Positions 37,788 through 47,412 are shown, counted from the first letter of the stretch. The stretch: 64,000 bases of DNA from a virus (IMGVR_UViG_3300048599_000194:239177-303176); one strand, 5' to 3'. The notes: generated by a model from the letters alone, not told the origin. Translations and numbers: made by a program.

Positions 37788-38498
37788 TTATGCCTCAAAG
37801 AAGTTTTTGATTTTCTTAATTTTAATTTGATCGTCTATTTCAGGGTTCCATTTCATCGGAGTTTTACCCTGTTTAATCTGCCTATATCTTACTAACTTGC
37901 GATATAACTGCCGCTCTACAGAATCCTCTGACAATTGACTTGGAACTCTTCCATGTCTCTTGTAAAATCTAAAAAGATCGCTGACTTCAGATGAAGCAAT
38001 CTGTCCTTGAATCGCAGTTCCAAAAAAATCAGGAAATCCAATTTCAGCCATCATATTATCGTATTCAGGATACCAAATACCCTGTAGTTTTCCAATTTTA
38101 ATGCTAGTTAGATTATTCAACCTAATTCTATGTTTTCTCTCAACTAAATCTTTAATAGTATATCCAGGCAATCGACCATTGGAAATAATCCAGTCAACCG
38201 TTTCTTTTAATTTACTAATTGCAGTTTCTTTAGTCCGAACAGGCTCGAAAATATTTGGAACATTTCTATCAATTGCAATTTCTTCAAGGGACGGATAAAA
38301 CACTCGGCCATTAGAAGAGTTATGCCATTTTGATTGCTTGAGTCCACCGATAAATGATCCAAGAGCCTTTTCTTCCGGATCGGACGAATATGCACTTGGG
38401 ACTATCCTCTTAGCCCCTTGATTTCTTTTTAATTTGCTAATTTGAATAGCTCGTTTTAACTTGCGTTCAGCAAGTACTTTTCTATCTGAGTATTTCAT
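37788..38498 (-). CDS. hypothetical protein
   Basis: 236-aa ORF. Confidence 0.5.
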   Translation of the reverse strand: MKYSDRKVLAERKLKRAIQISKLKRNQGAKRIVPSAYSSDPEEKALGSFIGGLKQSKWHNSSNGRVFYPSLEEIAIDRNVPNIFEPVRTKETAISKLKETVDWIISNGRLPGYTIKDLVERKHRIRLNNLTSIKIGKLQGIWYPEYDNMMAEIGFPDFFGTAIQGQIASSEVSDLFRFYKRHGRVPSQLSEDSVERQLYRKLVRYRQIKQGKTPMKWNPEIDDQIKIKKIKNFFEA

Positions 38499-38501
38499 GA
38501 A

Positions 38502-38849
38502 TTAAACCTTACCCAATCTTTTACGGTGCATGTAAATGAATTCTTCAATATCCCATTCACAATCAACGATATATTCCCACAGAAACCCTCGAACACCTAA
38601 TTCTGCCCTAGTAACATCCCATAGTACATATCTACGATCTCCATAGTCTTTATTATATTTCTCAATAAACTCACTAATATCTTCATTTTTTACCAATAAC
38701 GAGTACAAATAATTCAATTCACATTCTAGGAAAAACAATTCGCGTTTAACAATTGAACTTGTAACTAAATGATTTAGCATTGCATCTGGATGTGCATGGG
38801 ATGTTTTAATCTTCATTTGCATTCTCATGGATAAATTGTGAATGCGCAT
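38502..38849 (-). CDS. hypothetical protein
   Basis: 115-aa ORF. Confidence 0.45.
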   Translation of the reverse strand: MRIHNLSMRMQMKIKTSHAHPDAMLNHLVTSSIVKRELFFLECELNYLYSLLVKNEDISEFIEKYNKDYGDRRYVLWDVTRAELGVRGFLWEYIVDCEWDIEEFIYMHRKRLGKV

Positions 38850-39115
38850 TGAATTCCGCAGTTCACTTCATTTAGTTTATCTGGATTGAAAAGCTCTTCT
38901 CTGAAATGTTCTATTTCATATTCGTTGGCTTTCCATTGCTTTAATATCTCTGAAGCATTCTGGAAATTCGAAAATACATCAATAGGTGTTCTCTTTGAAA
39001 TTTGGCGATACAGTATATTAATTGATTTTTTGCCGAAGCAGTGATACTCAACTTCTATTCTACACTTAAATTCAGAAAAAGTTACTCTACATGTTAACAT
39101 TTCATTTTCCATCAA
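38825..39115 (-). CDS. hypothetical protein
   Basis: 96-aa ORF. Confidence 0.4.
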   Translation of the reverse strand: MMENEMLTCRVTFSEFKCRIEVEYHCFGKKSINILYRQISKRTPIDVFSNFQNASEILKQWKANEYEIEHFREELFNPDKLNEVNCGIQCAFTIYP

Positions 39116-39118
39116 TAC

Positions 39119-39391
39119 TCAATCTAATTCTGTTACCTTTACTACGTGTGCTCCGTCGTCTTTTGAAATCTTATCAATATCAACCAATGCACCAATTCTT
39201 TCGTTTAGTTCAGATCTTAATATTTTTGGATTATTCAGTAACATTTCCTTAATCGAATAAAGAGTGTGATAATATTCAGATACACTACTGCATTTAGTCT
39301 CTAAATCTAGATCTGGACCTGTAGCATTAAGTGAAATAAATTCATCATTTGAGCGTCTATGTATTATGTAGAATCTTCTAATACTCATCAT
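39119..39391 (-). CDS. hypothetical protein
   Basis: 90-aa ORF. Confidence 0.4.
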   Translation of the reverse strand: MMSIRRFYIIHRRSNDEFISLNATGPDLDLETKCSSVSEYYHTLYSIKEMLLNNPKILRSELNERIGALVDIDKISKDDGAHVVKVTELD

Positions 39392-39602
39392 CTATTTCCT
39401 TTCTTTGTTCACCTATGGTTTTCTCTCCAAAGTATTTACGAGGATTTCCACAGAATACACAGCTACAATCGCTTCCATGTGTGCTATAGTGCTTCCCTAC
39501 AGCCTTAGGAGACGTTTCCTGACCGTACCCTCTACTCTTCAATACCCTTGCGGCCTTAGCCTTTTCTCGGGCCTCATCGGCCCTTCTGCGATCTAGAGTC
39601 AT
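39378..39602 (-). CDS. hypothetical basic protein
   Basis: 74-aa ORF. Confidence 0.4.
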   Translation of the reverse strand: MTLDRRRADEAREKAKAARVLKSRGYGQETSPKAVGKHYSTHGSDCSCVFCGNPRKYFGEKTIGEQRKEIDDEY

Positions 39603-39623
39603 GTTGTTATTGTAACAATCATC

Positions 39624-39947
39624 TCAGGCGGATGGCCAACGCTTCAATTCTCGAATACCTTGATCTATAATATCCAAGCGAGAATCTTTCCCTTTAATTT
39701 TCAAAACAGCAGTATCTATTGAAGTACATCCGCAAAAATGAGAAAGATTGATTATTACCTCATTACCTTTATTTCTTGCTTCTACTAATACCCATATTGC
39801 GCACCGGAGGCATAATCTAGCACCCCTAACTCCAACCATATATTCATCAATTGCGATTGATATGGTGTTCTTAGTTCCAGGAATTTTGATTGAAGTTGTA
39901 TCGTATCCATACAATTCTGTGTTGCATCGTGCGCATTTCTTACACAT
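39624..39947 (-). CDS. hypothetical Cys-rich protein
   Basis: 107-aa ORF. Confidence 0.45.
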   Translation of the reverse strand: MCKKCARCNTELYGYDTTSIKIPGTKNTISIAIDEYMVGVRGARLCLRCAIWVLVEARNKGNEVIINLSHFCGCTSIDTAVLKIKGKDSRLDIIDQGIRELKRWPSA

Positions 39948-39967
39948 TCTTAACCACCTTCTTCAAG

Positions 39968-40375
39968 TTAGTCAATTCTCATTAGTAATTCACATAAGTC
40001 CGGATCAATCGTTTGCGGACATGGGGCGTCTTCAGGAGTCACCGCATCTAACTCTTGAATCTTATCTAATGGCGCAAATAAATCATGCAGTGATCCACCA
40101 TATGCAGTAAATCCATTCACTAATAACACTTGGCCTACGTCATTGAACTCGCAGATACATGCATACGATACTTGACATATTAGATCATATTCACCGTCTT
40201 CAATTCTCTTCACGTCTCGTGAATCAGAAGGTTCCAATATATTATGCCATAACGCAATTGCACACGCCCGTCTAACAAGTTCATCGTATGCGTACACCGC
40301 AGGATTCTTTCGAGCTTCAATCTGCTCGTTCTGAACCTTCATCAAATTTTTATATGAAAACTTATCCAATTTCAT
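39968..40375 (-). CDS. hypothetical protein
   Basis: 135-aa ORF. Confidence 0.45.
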   Translation of the reverse strand: MKLDKFSYKNLMKVQNEQIEARKNPAVYAYDELVRRACAIALWHNILEPSDSRDVKRIEDGEYDLICQVSYACICEFNDVGQVLLVNGFTAYGGSLHDLFAPLDKIQELDAVTPEDAPCPQTIDPDLCELLMRID

Positions 40376-40412
40376 TGCAATAGTCTCCTATTTTCAATTT
40401 GCAAATTGCAAA

Positions 40413-40862
40413 TCAATATCTTCCTATGTAATAATTGAAAAATGGTTGAGGTCTAGGTTCTCCGAAAAGGTAATGTCGAATCACATCAGTCAACCAGAAA
40501 ATAATAGGAGTTAAAAGTAGCCAGCAAGTTGAATGAATATAATCAATTTGACCTAGGAAGTTAAATTTAGAGCTACTATAATCCCAAATATTGAACTTTA
40601 GCCAAATATTAAGAATGATGCCACTGACTAATTCAATTAGAGTAATCAATCCGGCACCTGCTATGATATCGAGTGGATATTTCAACTTATGCTTGTAATT
40701 ACTCCAAGCACCAACCGCCATTCCAAGATAACCGCCAACAATAAACATCCAAACAGAGCTAGAGCCAGTTAACCTCCAATGCAGACTTGTAAATGCCGAG
40801 AAAAATACCTCAATGCAGACATATACTATGCCCATGAGGATGAAAATGGTTAGATTCTTCAT
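40413..40862 (-). CDS. hypothetical membrane protein (multi-TM)
   Basis: 149-aa ORF with ~4 hydrophobic helices. Confidence 0.5.
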   Translation of the reverse strand: MKNLTIFILMGIVYVCIEVFFSAFTSLHWRLTGSSSVWMFIVGGYLGMAVGAWSNYKHKLKYPLDIIAGAGLITLIELVSGIILNIWLKFNIWDYSSSKFNFLGQIDYIHSTCWLLLTPIIFWLTDVIRHYLFGEPRPQPFFNYYIGRY

Positions 40863-40877
40863 TCTATTGTCCTTTTT

Positions 40878-41053
40878 TATGGGTGAACGCTCAAAACCGA
40901 AAGAATATGATGAACTTCCGTCACTTCAGACTCTAATTCTTCATGACATTCTTCATATTCATCGACAGTACCATCACGATTGAGATACACTGTTGCAATT
41001 TCAGTGACGATTCTTGTAATTTTAGCCTTAACTTTTCTAGGTTTTCCAGTCAT
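40878..41053 (-). CDS. small hypothetical protein (58 aa)
   Basis: Read by eye; AAGGAGAT SD; ATGA overlap with upstream stop. Confidence 0.35.
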
Positions 41054-41772
41054 TCGTAAATCTCCTTAATTTCATCCGCTAGTTCTTGGCTAAAACAGTT
41101 ATATTTCTCTAGAATTAGCCTAAGAGATCTAACTTTATCTCTAGTTTTCATGTCTTTAGGGGCGAGCGCCTTAAATTCACTAGAAGTTTTGTTAAATACT
41201 TCTTTGTATCTGGCATTTATTTTATCCCAAAGAATATCAGCGTCATACTGTTCACCTAGTTTACATAGTTCAACCCATAGCCAATTGCTTTCATGATAGT
41301 CATGTATCATACCAGTTCTAGCAATTTGGCTTCCAAACTTAAGAATTCTAATTGAATGAAAAATCGATTTCAGTGCGGCTTTCTTATCGTAATCACCAGA
41401 GATTATTAGTTTCTTTTTCCCTTTAACCCATGAATTATTAGCTATAGTTGAAATTGATTCTCTTAGTCTATTGAGATTTAATCTAAAATGCTTACGGTAA
41501 TCATAAATGTTTGGATACTTAGGATCATCCGTTGGCAGAAATATACATTCGAGGGCCGAAATGTCGTGATTTTCTATCTTACTCAACCATTCTGCATGAG
41601 TGTATATTTGATAGTGGAAATCACCCTCCATGCGAAGAGACGTATCTTTAATTACATTTTCCGGCAGGATCTCGATAATATCGTAATCTGAATCAATACT
41701 TGCAGTTCCATATACTCGGGAACCAAACAAATATCTCGCATTATATTCAACTTTGTTCAATTCAGAAATCAT
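41050..41772 (-). CDS. nucleotidyltransferase-fold protein
   Basis: GSRVYGTASIDSDYD = GS...DxD Pol-beta-type NTase signature. Confidence 0.5.
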   Translation of the reverse strand: MISELNKVEYNARYLFGSRVYGTASIDSDYDIIEILPENVIKDTSLRMEGDFHYQIYTHAEWLSKIENHDISALECIFLPTDDPKYPNIYDYRKHFRLNLNRLRESISTIANNSWVKGKKKLIISGDYDKKAALKSIFHSIRILKFGSQIARTGMIHDYHESNWLWVELCKLGEQYDADILWDKINARYKEVFNKTSSEFKALAPKDMKTRDKVRSLRLILEKYNCFSQELADEIKEIYE

Positions 41773-41775
41773 TTA

Positions 41776-42105
41776 TTACACCTCACGTATCATGTCGTCC
41801 AGTATATCTAAATCCTTAATAGCTTCATAATCATTGATAATTGAATTTTCGTAGGCAATGGATTTTAGTTCAGAATATAATTCAATGCCAGCGCAATCGT
41901 AATACATTTTCTGTTCGATCCAATTAGTCAATGAACCAGTATAAGTTATAGCCAATCCTTCAATATTAATTGAAATGCGAGAATCGCTATTTGGATTACA
42001 TATTAATTCATCAGTTGCAGGTTTTAATTCCCACTTTAATTTACCATTTCTAGTATATTCAATAACTCGACTAAGCATTGCGACTAAATTCATCTGTATG
42101 TTCAT
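41776..42105 (-). CDS. hypothetical protein
   Basis: 109-aa ORF. Confidence 0.45.
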   Translation of the reverse strand: MNIQMNLVAMLSRVIEYTRNGKLKWELKPATDELICNPNSDSRISINIEGLAITYTGSLTNWIEQKMYYDCAGIELYSELKSIAYENSIINDYEAIKDLDILDDMIREV

Positions 42106-42140
42106 GCCATCAAAATACTATATATTATCTGAATAGTCAA

Positions 42141-42170
42141 CAAAAAAGCCCTCTATTCCTAGAGGGCTTT
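42141..42170 (-). terminator. rho-independent-type terminator downstream of tRNA-His
   Basis: AAGCCCTCT-attcct-AGAGGGCTT followed by T6 on minus strand. Confidence 0.65.
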
Positions 42171-42172
42171 AG

Positions 42173-42255
42173 GGTGTAAGACGGGACTCGAACCCGCAAG
42201 CCTCTCGGCACCAGAGTCACAGTCTGGAATGTTTACCAATTCCATCACCTACACC
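42173..42255 (-). tRNA. tRNA-His(GUG) with encoded G-1
   Basis: Cloverleaf; anticodon loop CUGUGAC; extra 5' G pairs with C73; T-loop TTCGAGT. Confidence 0.8.
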
Positions 42256-42261
42256 ATTAGG

Positions 42262-42600
42262 TCATCTGTAGAGGCACATATGACACCCATGATCTCCATT
42301 TCGATAACCTCTACGGCAAAGAAATGAATACAGGTTGTCGTTCAATATACTCTCAACAAATACAACTCTCGAATATTTATCTGCGAGCTTCTCGATTTCA
42401 TCTAGAAATGAAGAGAAGTATCCCTCTCCGCGAAATTCCTCAACAATTTCAATAGTTGCAAGATCTATTGTATTCCTCATTTGGCCTTCGATTAACCTCT
42501 GAGTTATACGATAGTAGAGATTAAGATGATACTCAGGAAGATAGATCCACTTATTGGTTCTACCACCCAACTTCAACTCATTCTCTATGGCATCAATCAT
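42262..42600 (-). CDS. hypothetical protein (possible GNAT-like)
   Basis: 112-aa ORF; weak resemblance only. Confidence 0.4.
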   Translation of the reverse strand: MIDAIENELKLGGRTNKWIYLPEYHLNLYYRITQRLIEGQMRNTIDLATIEIVEEFRGEGYFSSFLDEIEKLADKYSRVVFVESILNDNLYSFLCRRGYRNGDHGCHMCLYR

Positions 42601-42609
42601 CGTGTATGT

Positions 42610-42640
42610 AAGATACTATGTATGACCTTGTACGTCAACC
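42610..42640 (-). promoter_or_regulatory. promoter-like motif
   Basis: AAGATACTAT-N14-GTCAACC. Confidence 0.55.
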
Positions 42641-42646
42641 ACCTTT

Positions 42647-43144
42647 TCACATTCTATAAATCAAAATTCCAATTTTGAACTCGTGCGGAATTTCAAACTT
42701 CTCCAATACATTCTGCAGATGACGAATCTTCGCAGTATTGTGAATGTCCAAAACAGGAGAATCATACACCCCAAACGTATCGCACATGGAATGTACTTCG
42801 ATGGATTCGCATTCTTCTTCACAGATGTAAATGTGATCATGCTTCACATATCGATGACCTCGAAATTCGGTCGTAATGTTGGTATACGTGTCGAAAAACT
42901 CGTCTTCAGATCCAAATTCATGGAGAAACTCATCCACCTCATCGTAGCAGGTACGCTCAATCTTAGTTTTTGTAGTATACTCCACCTTAGGGGCACCACA
43001 CATGGAACAGAAAGCTCCATCTCCGGACTTCTTATCTCCATGAACATTACACTTAAGTCGAACTTCGAACTTATCTTCTCCAGGTACTCGCATATCTGGA
43101 ACGATAATCATAGGTCCATTGTGAACGTAACAAGAATATCCCAT
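42647..43144 (-). CDS. hypothetical protein
   Basis: 165-aa ORF. Confidence 0.45.
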   Translation of the reverse strand: MGYSCYVHNGPMIIVPDMRVPGEDKFEVRLKCNVHGDKKSGDGAFCSMCGAPKVEYTTKTKIERTCYDEVDEFLHEFGSEDEFFDTYTNITTEFRGHRYVKHDHIYICEEECESIEVHSMCDTFGVYDSPVLDIHNTAKIRHLQNVLEKFEIPHEFKIGILIYRM

Positions 43145-43172
43145 CGTATCCTCCTAGATTTTAGTGTACTAG

Positions 43173-43204
43173 AAAGATACTACGAGAGCCTTAAAATGTC
43201 AACC
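43173..43204 (-). promoter_or_regulatory. promoter-like motif
   Basis: AAGATACTAC-N15-GTCAACC. Confidence 0.55.
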
Positions 43205-43207
43205 GCC

Positions 43208-43774
43208 TCACTGCTCCGTCTTACACTTACATGCATCTTTGGCTAGAAACGATGCTCCATTCGAGATCAGATTAGCCAATTCACGCTTGCTCATGGGGAT
43301 GTCAATGACGCCTGCCCCTGGGATGTTGATTGACACGATAGCCTCTAAATCGTCGCCTGGAGCCTCTTCTGCCGCTTCCTCTACGGATTCTTCGGAGTCC
43401 TCCGCCTTAGTTCCAGGAAGCTCGAAGTGATATGCGCCTTCAAACCACTCAAGATACTCATCAACAATATCCTCAAAATCAGACAATTCAGAGTAAATAA
43501 CAGTTTCTGGGTCTAATTTGAGTGAGAAATTAGTATATAGGATAGCTTCCTGCGCTTGTTCTCCAACTAGAATTGGCTGGCGATTATATCCCTCAGGCAT
43601 CTCAAATTCCTGAAAGTATTCACGAACGGTGTTATGTTTTACAAACACTCCACTAGTACGAACAATCTGAGTGACGTTATATGCAGTAAAAGACTTTCCT
43701 GCATCAACCAACATCTCAACAACGGTCGCAATATTCTGGACGATGTCCTCATTAGTTAAAATCAAATTACTCAT
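43208..43774 (-). CDS. hypothetical acidic protein
   Basis: 188-aa ORF. Confidence 0.45.
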   Translation of the reverse strand: MSNLILTNEDIVQNIATVVEMLVDAGKSFTAYNVTQIVRTSGVFVKHNTVREYFQEFEMPEGYNRQPILVGEQAQEAILYTNFSLKLDPETVIYSELSDFEDIVDEYLEWFEGAYHFELPGTKAEDSEESVEEAAEEAPGDDLEAIVSINIPGAGVIDIPMSKRELANLISNGASFLAKDACKCKTEQ

Positions 43775-43991
43775 TCTCAGTTTTCTCCTTGTTTATTTCT
43801 CTCACTAGTTCAGTCATCTGCTTTTTTTGACTTTTCGTCATAGAGCCGATGATCATCATTAAGTCCACTGGAGGTGGAGGCTTAAACATCACAATATCAT
43901 TCTCGACCCACATTTCGACACCAATTGATTTGATGTGATATAAAAGACTAAGTATGACATTCGTACTCTTTCCATTATTACGCATGCTCAA
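43767..43991 (-). CDS. hypothetical protein
   Basis: 74-aa ORF. Confidence 0.4.
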   Translation of the reverse strand: MSMRNNGKSTNVILSLLYHIKSIGVEMWVENDIVMFKPPPPVDLMMIIGSMTKSQKKQMTELVREINKEKTENE

Positions 43992-45264
43992 ACTCCACCA
44001 AGTACGTTAGGTTAGCTTGATTCACATTATATACAATCATTTCATTATTCTGAACTCCAGACTTACCGCCTACTGCGTAAGTGGAATCATAGCCCTTCAT
44101 TGGAAGATTAGAAGATGATCTGCTAGGAGTATATGCCTTACCCATTGCAACATCTGCCAAGAACATGAAACAATTATTATTGCGCCCTTTACCACTATGC
44201 CAATAACCTGTAGCATAGTTAAGCGACTTTGTGGATTGATCACTGAAATACAATCCATCTCCAAACATTCTACCACATACATGAGGCGCATTTGATCGAG
44301 GGATTACTAGACCTTGTTTCAGAATCGAAAGCACATTAGAAATCTGAGTTCCATGCCAATACTCATTGACATTACCAAGTTTCTTCGCCACTGGCTCAAA
44401 TCGAATAGTAGTTTCTGGCATCTGAACTTCAAACACTCTAAACAGCTTATACGCAGATGAAGAGTGAGAACGATTCAAGGTACTCTTGAACTTTTTCTCG
44501 ATTCTATCAATCACCTTCTTATCAGCGACCAAATTGAGAGATACGTTAAAAATCTTAGGAGTCTCTATATTCTCCACTTCAACAACAGTATCCACCTGAG
44601 AATTGACCATTAGGAGAGACGCTTCGAGCGAATCAAGAATCGAATTCTGCTGGAGAATATCTGCATCTGAAGTGTATAGTTGATCGGGACGGATGCGCAT
44701 CCCAACATTCTGAGGAATGAATGTCAAATACTTCTGAAGCATCTCATGATACTTCGAATCTTCAAACTTCTTTGCAAGAATGAAGTCAGACATAGAAATT
44801 AGGAGTTTTCGCGCAGAAGTGATAGAATTCGAGGATACTATTCCAATCGGAGTACTGAAAAGTCCAGTATCCACGTTATACGTCATCGTAGTAGATGACA
44901 GAATTTCATGGACGTTCATCTTCGCCAGTTGCTTAATCAAATCCCCGACTACCGAGGAATTCGAACCAATCTGAGATACCGCAACGCTCTCCAATGTTGT
45001 GCTTGGGGCAACAGAAACAGATTTACCTGTTTCGATCACATCCTGCTTAACATATCCCTTTGCTTCCTTGGATCTCATTTTTGAGTGAGCCGCTTGAAGA
45101 CCTTTATCATGCGATCCAAAATTCTTGGTGGTCGAATCACCTGCGTATCCAATCCGACCCCATTCAAAAACAACATTTCCATCATCGTGAACGGTGTATT
45201 TCCAGAACTTATTATTGTTTCCTGAAATATTGGTCAAGGTTAATGTTGCAGTTTCAAGTACCAT
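43978..45264 (-). CDS. PARP-like ADP-ribosyltransferase (WGR domain + PARP catalytic domain)
   Basis: N-terminal WGRIGYAGD (WGR); C-terminal YWHGTQ..N..SIL, GRMFGDGLYFSD..SKS..Y, NNEMIVYN match the PARP H-Y-E signature blocks. Confidence 0.65.
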   Translation of the reverse strand: MVLETATLTLTNISGNNNKFWKYTVHDDGNVVFEWGRIGYAGDSTTKNFGSHDKGLQAAHSKMRSKEAKGYVKQDVIETGKSVSVAPSTTLESVAVSQIGSNSSVVGDLIKQLAKMNVHEILSSTTMTYNVDTGLFSTPIGIVSSNSITSARKLLISMSDFILAKKFEDSKYHEMLQKYLTFIPQNVGMRIRPDQLYTSDADILQQNSILDSLEASLLMVNSQVDTVVEVENIETPKIFNVSLNLVADKKVIDRIEKKFKSTLNRSHSSSAYKLFRVFEVQMPETTIRFEPVAKKLGNVNEYWHGTQISNVLSILKQGLVIPRSNAPHVCGRMFGDGLYFSDQSTKSLNYATGYWHSGKGRNNNCFMFLADVAMGKAYTPSRSSSNLPMKGYDSTYAVGGKSGVQNNEMIVYNVNQANLTYLVEFEHA

Positions 45265-45350
45265 TTTCGCCCCTGAATCTATTATAGCATTTTCACGCTA
45301 TGTTGACGTTCTTTGATCGCATTACACACAGCTAATTACAGAAAATCAAA

Positions 45351-45422
45351 TTTCCCCCACAGGATTCGAACCTGTATTCGCGGGACCAAAACCCGCTGTC
45401 CTGCCAATTGGACGAAAGGGAA
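45351..45422 (-). tRNA. tRNA-Gln(UUG)
   Basis: Cloverleaf; anticodon loop UUUUGGU; U1-A72. Confidence 0.75.
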
Positions 45423-45542
45423 GTTAGGATTGGCATGTCCAGTAGGGATTTCACCTACACTGCAGAATCGTCATCCTGACACCTCTAAGCCGAGGCCGCT
45501 ATCATATTCACCCTAAACAGGTCATTTTTGCGTATGGACAAA

Positions 45543-45615
45543 TGCACGATGAGGGACTCGAACCCACGGTGTTCTGCGTGTAGGGCAGATGCTTTAGCCG
45601 CTAAGCTAATCGTGC
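45543..45615 (-). tRNA. tRNA-Val(UAC) (C33 instead of U33)
   Basis: Cloverleaf; anticodon loop CCUACAC; one T-stem mismatch. Confidence 0.55.
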
Positions 45616-45741
45616 ATGGTGACATGGCTAAACCGAAATTCCATGTCGTAAGTTGAGCCGTTATACGGTATAGCTCATCTATTTTTTGAGAGGTTGCAGT
45701 GCATCCACCAAGAACCCACCTCACAAGAATGGGGATGTTCA

Positions 45742-45823
45742 ATTAAAATAGACCGCACAGGACTCGAACCTGTCATCTAGGAGTGTCCACCTAAGCATTG
45801 CCCAGAATGCTCCACCGCCTATC
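45742..45823 (-). tRNA. atypical tRNA-like element (class-II-like; 5' acceptor not resolved)
   Basis: Perfect T-arm ACAGG-TTCGAGT-CCTGT, extra arm, anticodon-like hairpin GCATT-CUGGGCA-AATGC; no partner for 3' acceptor strand. Confidence 0.3.
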
Positions 45824-45825
45824 TA

Positions 45826-45896
45826 ATTGAAGTTGGGACGAGAGGATTCGAACCTCTGTTAACCGAGTCAGAGTCGGCCTTCCTGCCACTAGAAGA
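45826..45896 (-). tRNA. tRNA-Gln(CUG)
   Basis: Cloverleaf; anticodon loop CUCUGAC; U1-A72. Confidence 0.75.
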
Positions 45897-46018
45897 CATC
45901 CCAAGTAAACTGCGCGGAATTCCTATTATCTCATCTTCAGTCTCGGTATTCGCCCCCGATTAATCTGAATACTCCTTCATAGGCGGTTTCGAATTCGTGT
46001 TCCCGCTGACACGCACCT

Positions 46019-46228
46019 TCAACTTACTGTTAATTGTTCCGTCATACTGGTCGATGATCTATATATTAACTGACCTCCATTACTACAGTTTCTAATAACT
46101 CCGAGTCGATATGGAGATGTTCTAGTGAGTTTTAACTTAACGTCACATTCAGAACAGTATCCAGTAGACTCATATGGATCATACGAATTCAACGTACTGA
46201 TTTCTTCTCCGCACATTGGACACTTCAT
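46019..46228 (-). CDS. small zinc-ribbon protein
   Basis: 69-aa ORF with CPMCGEE...CSEC. Confidence 0.4.
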   Translation of the reverse strand: MKCPMCGEEISTLNSYDPYESTGYCSECDVKLKLTRTSPYRLGVIRNCSNGGQLIYRSSTSMTEQLTVS

Positions 46229-46388
46229 TATTTCCTACTTCCCGCATTCACATGGTTCTTTTCCACATCCAGGGCATAAACCCTCTCTTAGTCTCTTATG
46301 TATCTTACATTCTGCAATCGTATCGAATCGAAACGGTCTGCCGTTAATATGAGATGTTCCATCGAGATCCGTCTCTTTTCCAGTTGTT

Positions 46389-46544
46389 CTAGGCTTCCGA
46401 TTCATTCAACAATTCCTCTAATTCTTTTTTCATTCGAATACGAGTCGATCCAGTATCTCGTTCCCTTGGGTCATATGGATCATCGTTAGCACCATATGGT
46501 TTCATTTTAGGTGGAGCGTGTCTTGTTGGCTTATTTCTTTTCAT
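46389..46544 (-). CDS. small hypothetical protein (51 aa)
   Basis: Read by eye; below ORF-track cutoff. Confidence 0.25.
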   Translation of the reverse strand: MKRNKPTRHAPPKMKPYGANDDPYDPRERDTGSTRIRMKKELEELLNESEA

Positions 46545-46563
46545 ATTAACTTCCTTTACTTAG

Positions 46564-46647
46564 TACCGGAGGAGGGACTCGAACCCTCACGCCCTTTCGG
46601 GCAACGGATTTTGAGTCCGTCGCGTCTACCAATTCCGCCACCCCGGC
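46564..46647 (-). tRNA. tRNA-Leu(CAA)
   Basis: Class II cloverleaf; anticodon loop CUCAAAA; resembles E. coli Leu tRNA. Confidence 0.8.
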
Positions 46648-47035
46648 ATCATGGAGTTGAGGGAAATCGAATCCCTGTCCTAAACAGCTTCAAAAAAGAC
46701 ATCTACAAGTTTAGTTTCTATTTTAATCTCACAGAATCAATCGTCTAAAAACAAACTAGAGATTCTGCCAGTCCATTAATCTCGGTTACATGCATGAACT
46801 ACTTTGCAACCTATCCAATATGTTGAACGCTTGCGACTATTATGGAATTTCGTCGTAGCGCCTCGCCGTTACTTAAGCGGCGAGAGCGTAAGAGTAGGAC
46901 TCTTCTGCATTTATTGTTTTCAGGTTTTTACGAGGCCACCTGACCCTCGACTTGCATTCTCATTCTACCCTATTCAGTCGAAACCTTTACAACCCCTTAA
47001 TCCCTTAAAGCGTCAAGTCACGATTTAAGAGAAGT

Positions 47036-47118
47036 GCGCAAGGAGGGACTCGAACCCTCACGCCCGAAAGGGCACTACCACCTCAAAGTAGCGGGTCTAC
47101 CAATTCCCCCACCTGCGC
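47036..47118 (-). tRNA. tRNA-Leu(GAG)
   Basis: Class II; anticodon loop UUGAGGU. Confidence 0.75.
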
Positions 47119-47122
47119 ATAT

Positions 47123-47311
47123 TCACAAATTCAATTCTTTCAAGAATTCTCTCGAAATTTGACGACTACGTCTAATTTCTTCTTCAGTTATTGGAGTTTC
47201 TCTAACAGATTCAGATCTTATTAATCCATTTGAATATCTAGAATTTTCTTCATGTCTTTTCAAGATTCGATCAATTTCTGACATTCCATCATTTTCGTCA
47301 ATGTCGCTCAT
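47123..47311 (-). CDS. small acidic protein (62 aa) between tRNAs
   Basis: Start with GGAGGG SD; longer ORF-track version would overlap a tRNA. Confidence 0.4.
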   Translation of the reverse strand: MSDIDENDGMSEIDRILKRHEENSRYSNGLIRSESVRETPITEEEIRRSRQISREFLKELNL

Positions 47312-47328
47312 CAATATACCCTCCAGAG

Positions 47329-47412
47329 TGCGCAAGGTGGGACTCGAACCCACACGCCCTTACGGGCACCAGATCCTAAGTCTGGCGCGTCTACCAATTC
47401 CGCCACTAGCGC
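47329..47412 (-). tRNA. tRNA-Leu(UAG)
   Basis: Class II; anticodon loop CUUAGGA; U-U at 5-68. Confidence 0.75.

Noticed and set aside
45897-46018. Possible tRNA (GGTTTCGAATTCG)
   Set aside because: It is a palindromic CGAATTCG site, not a T-arm; no acceptor or D-arm could be built.
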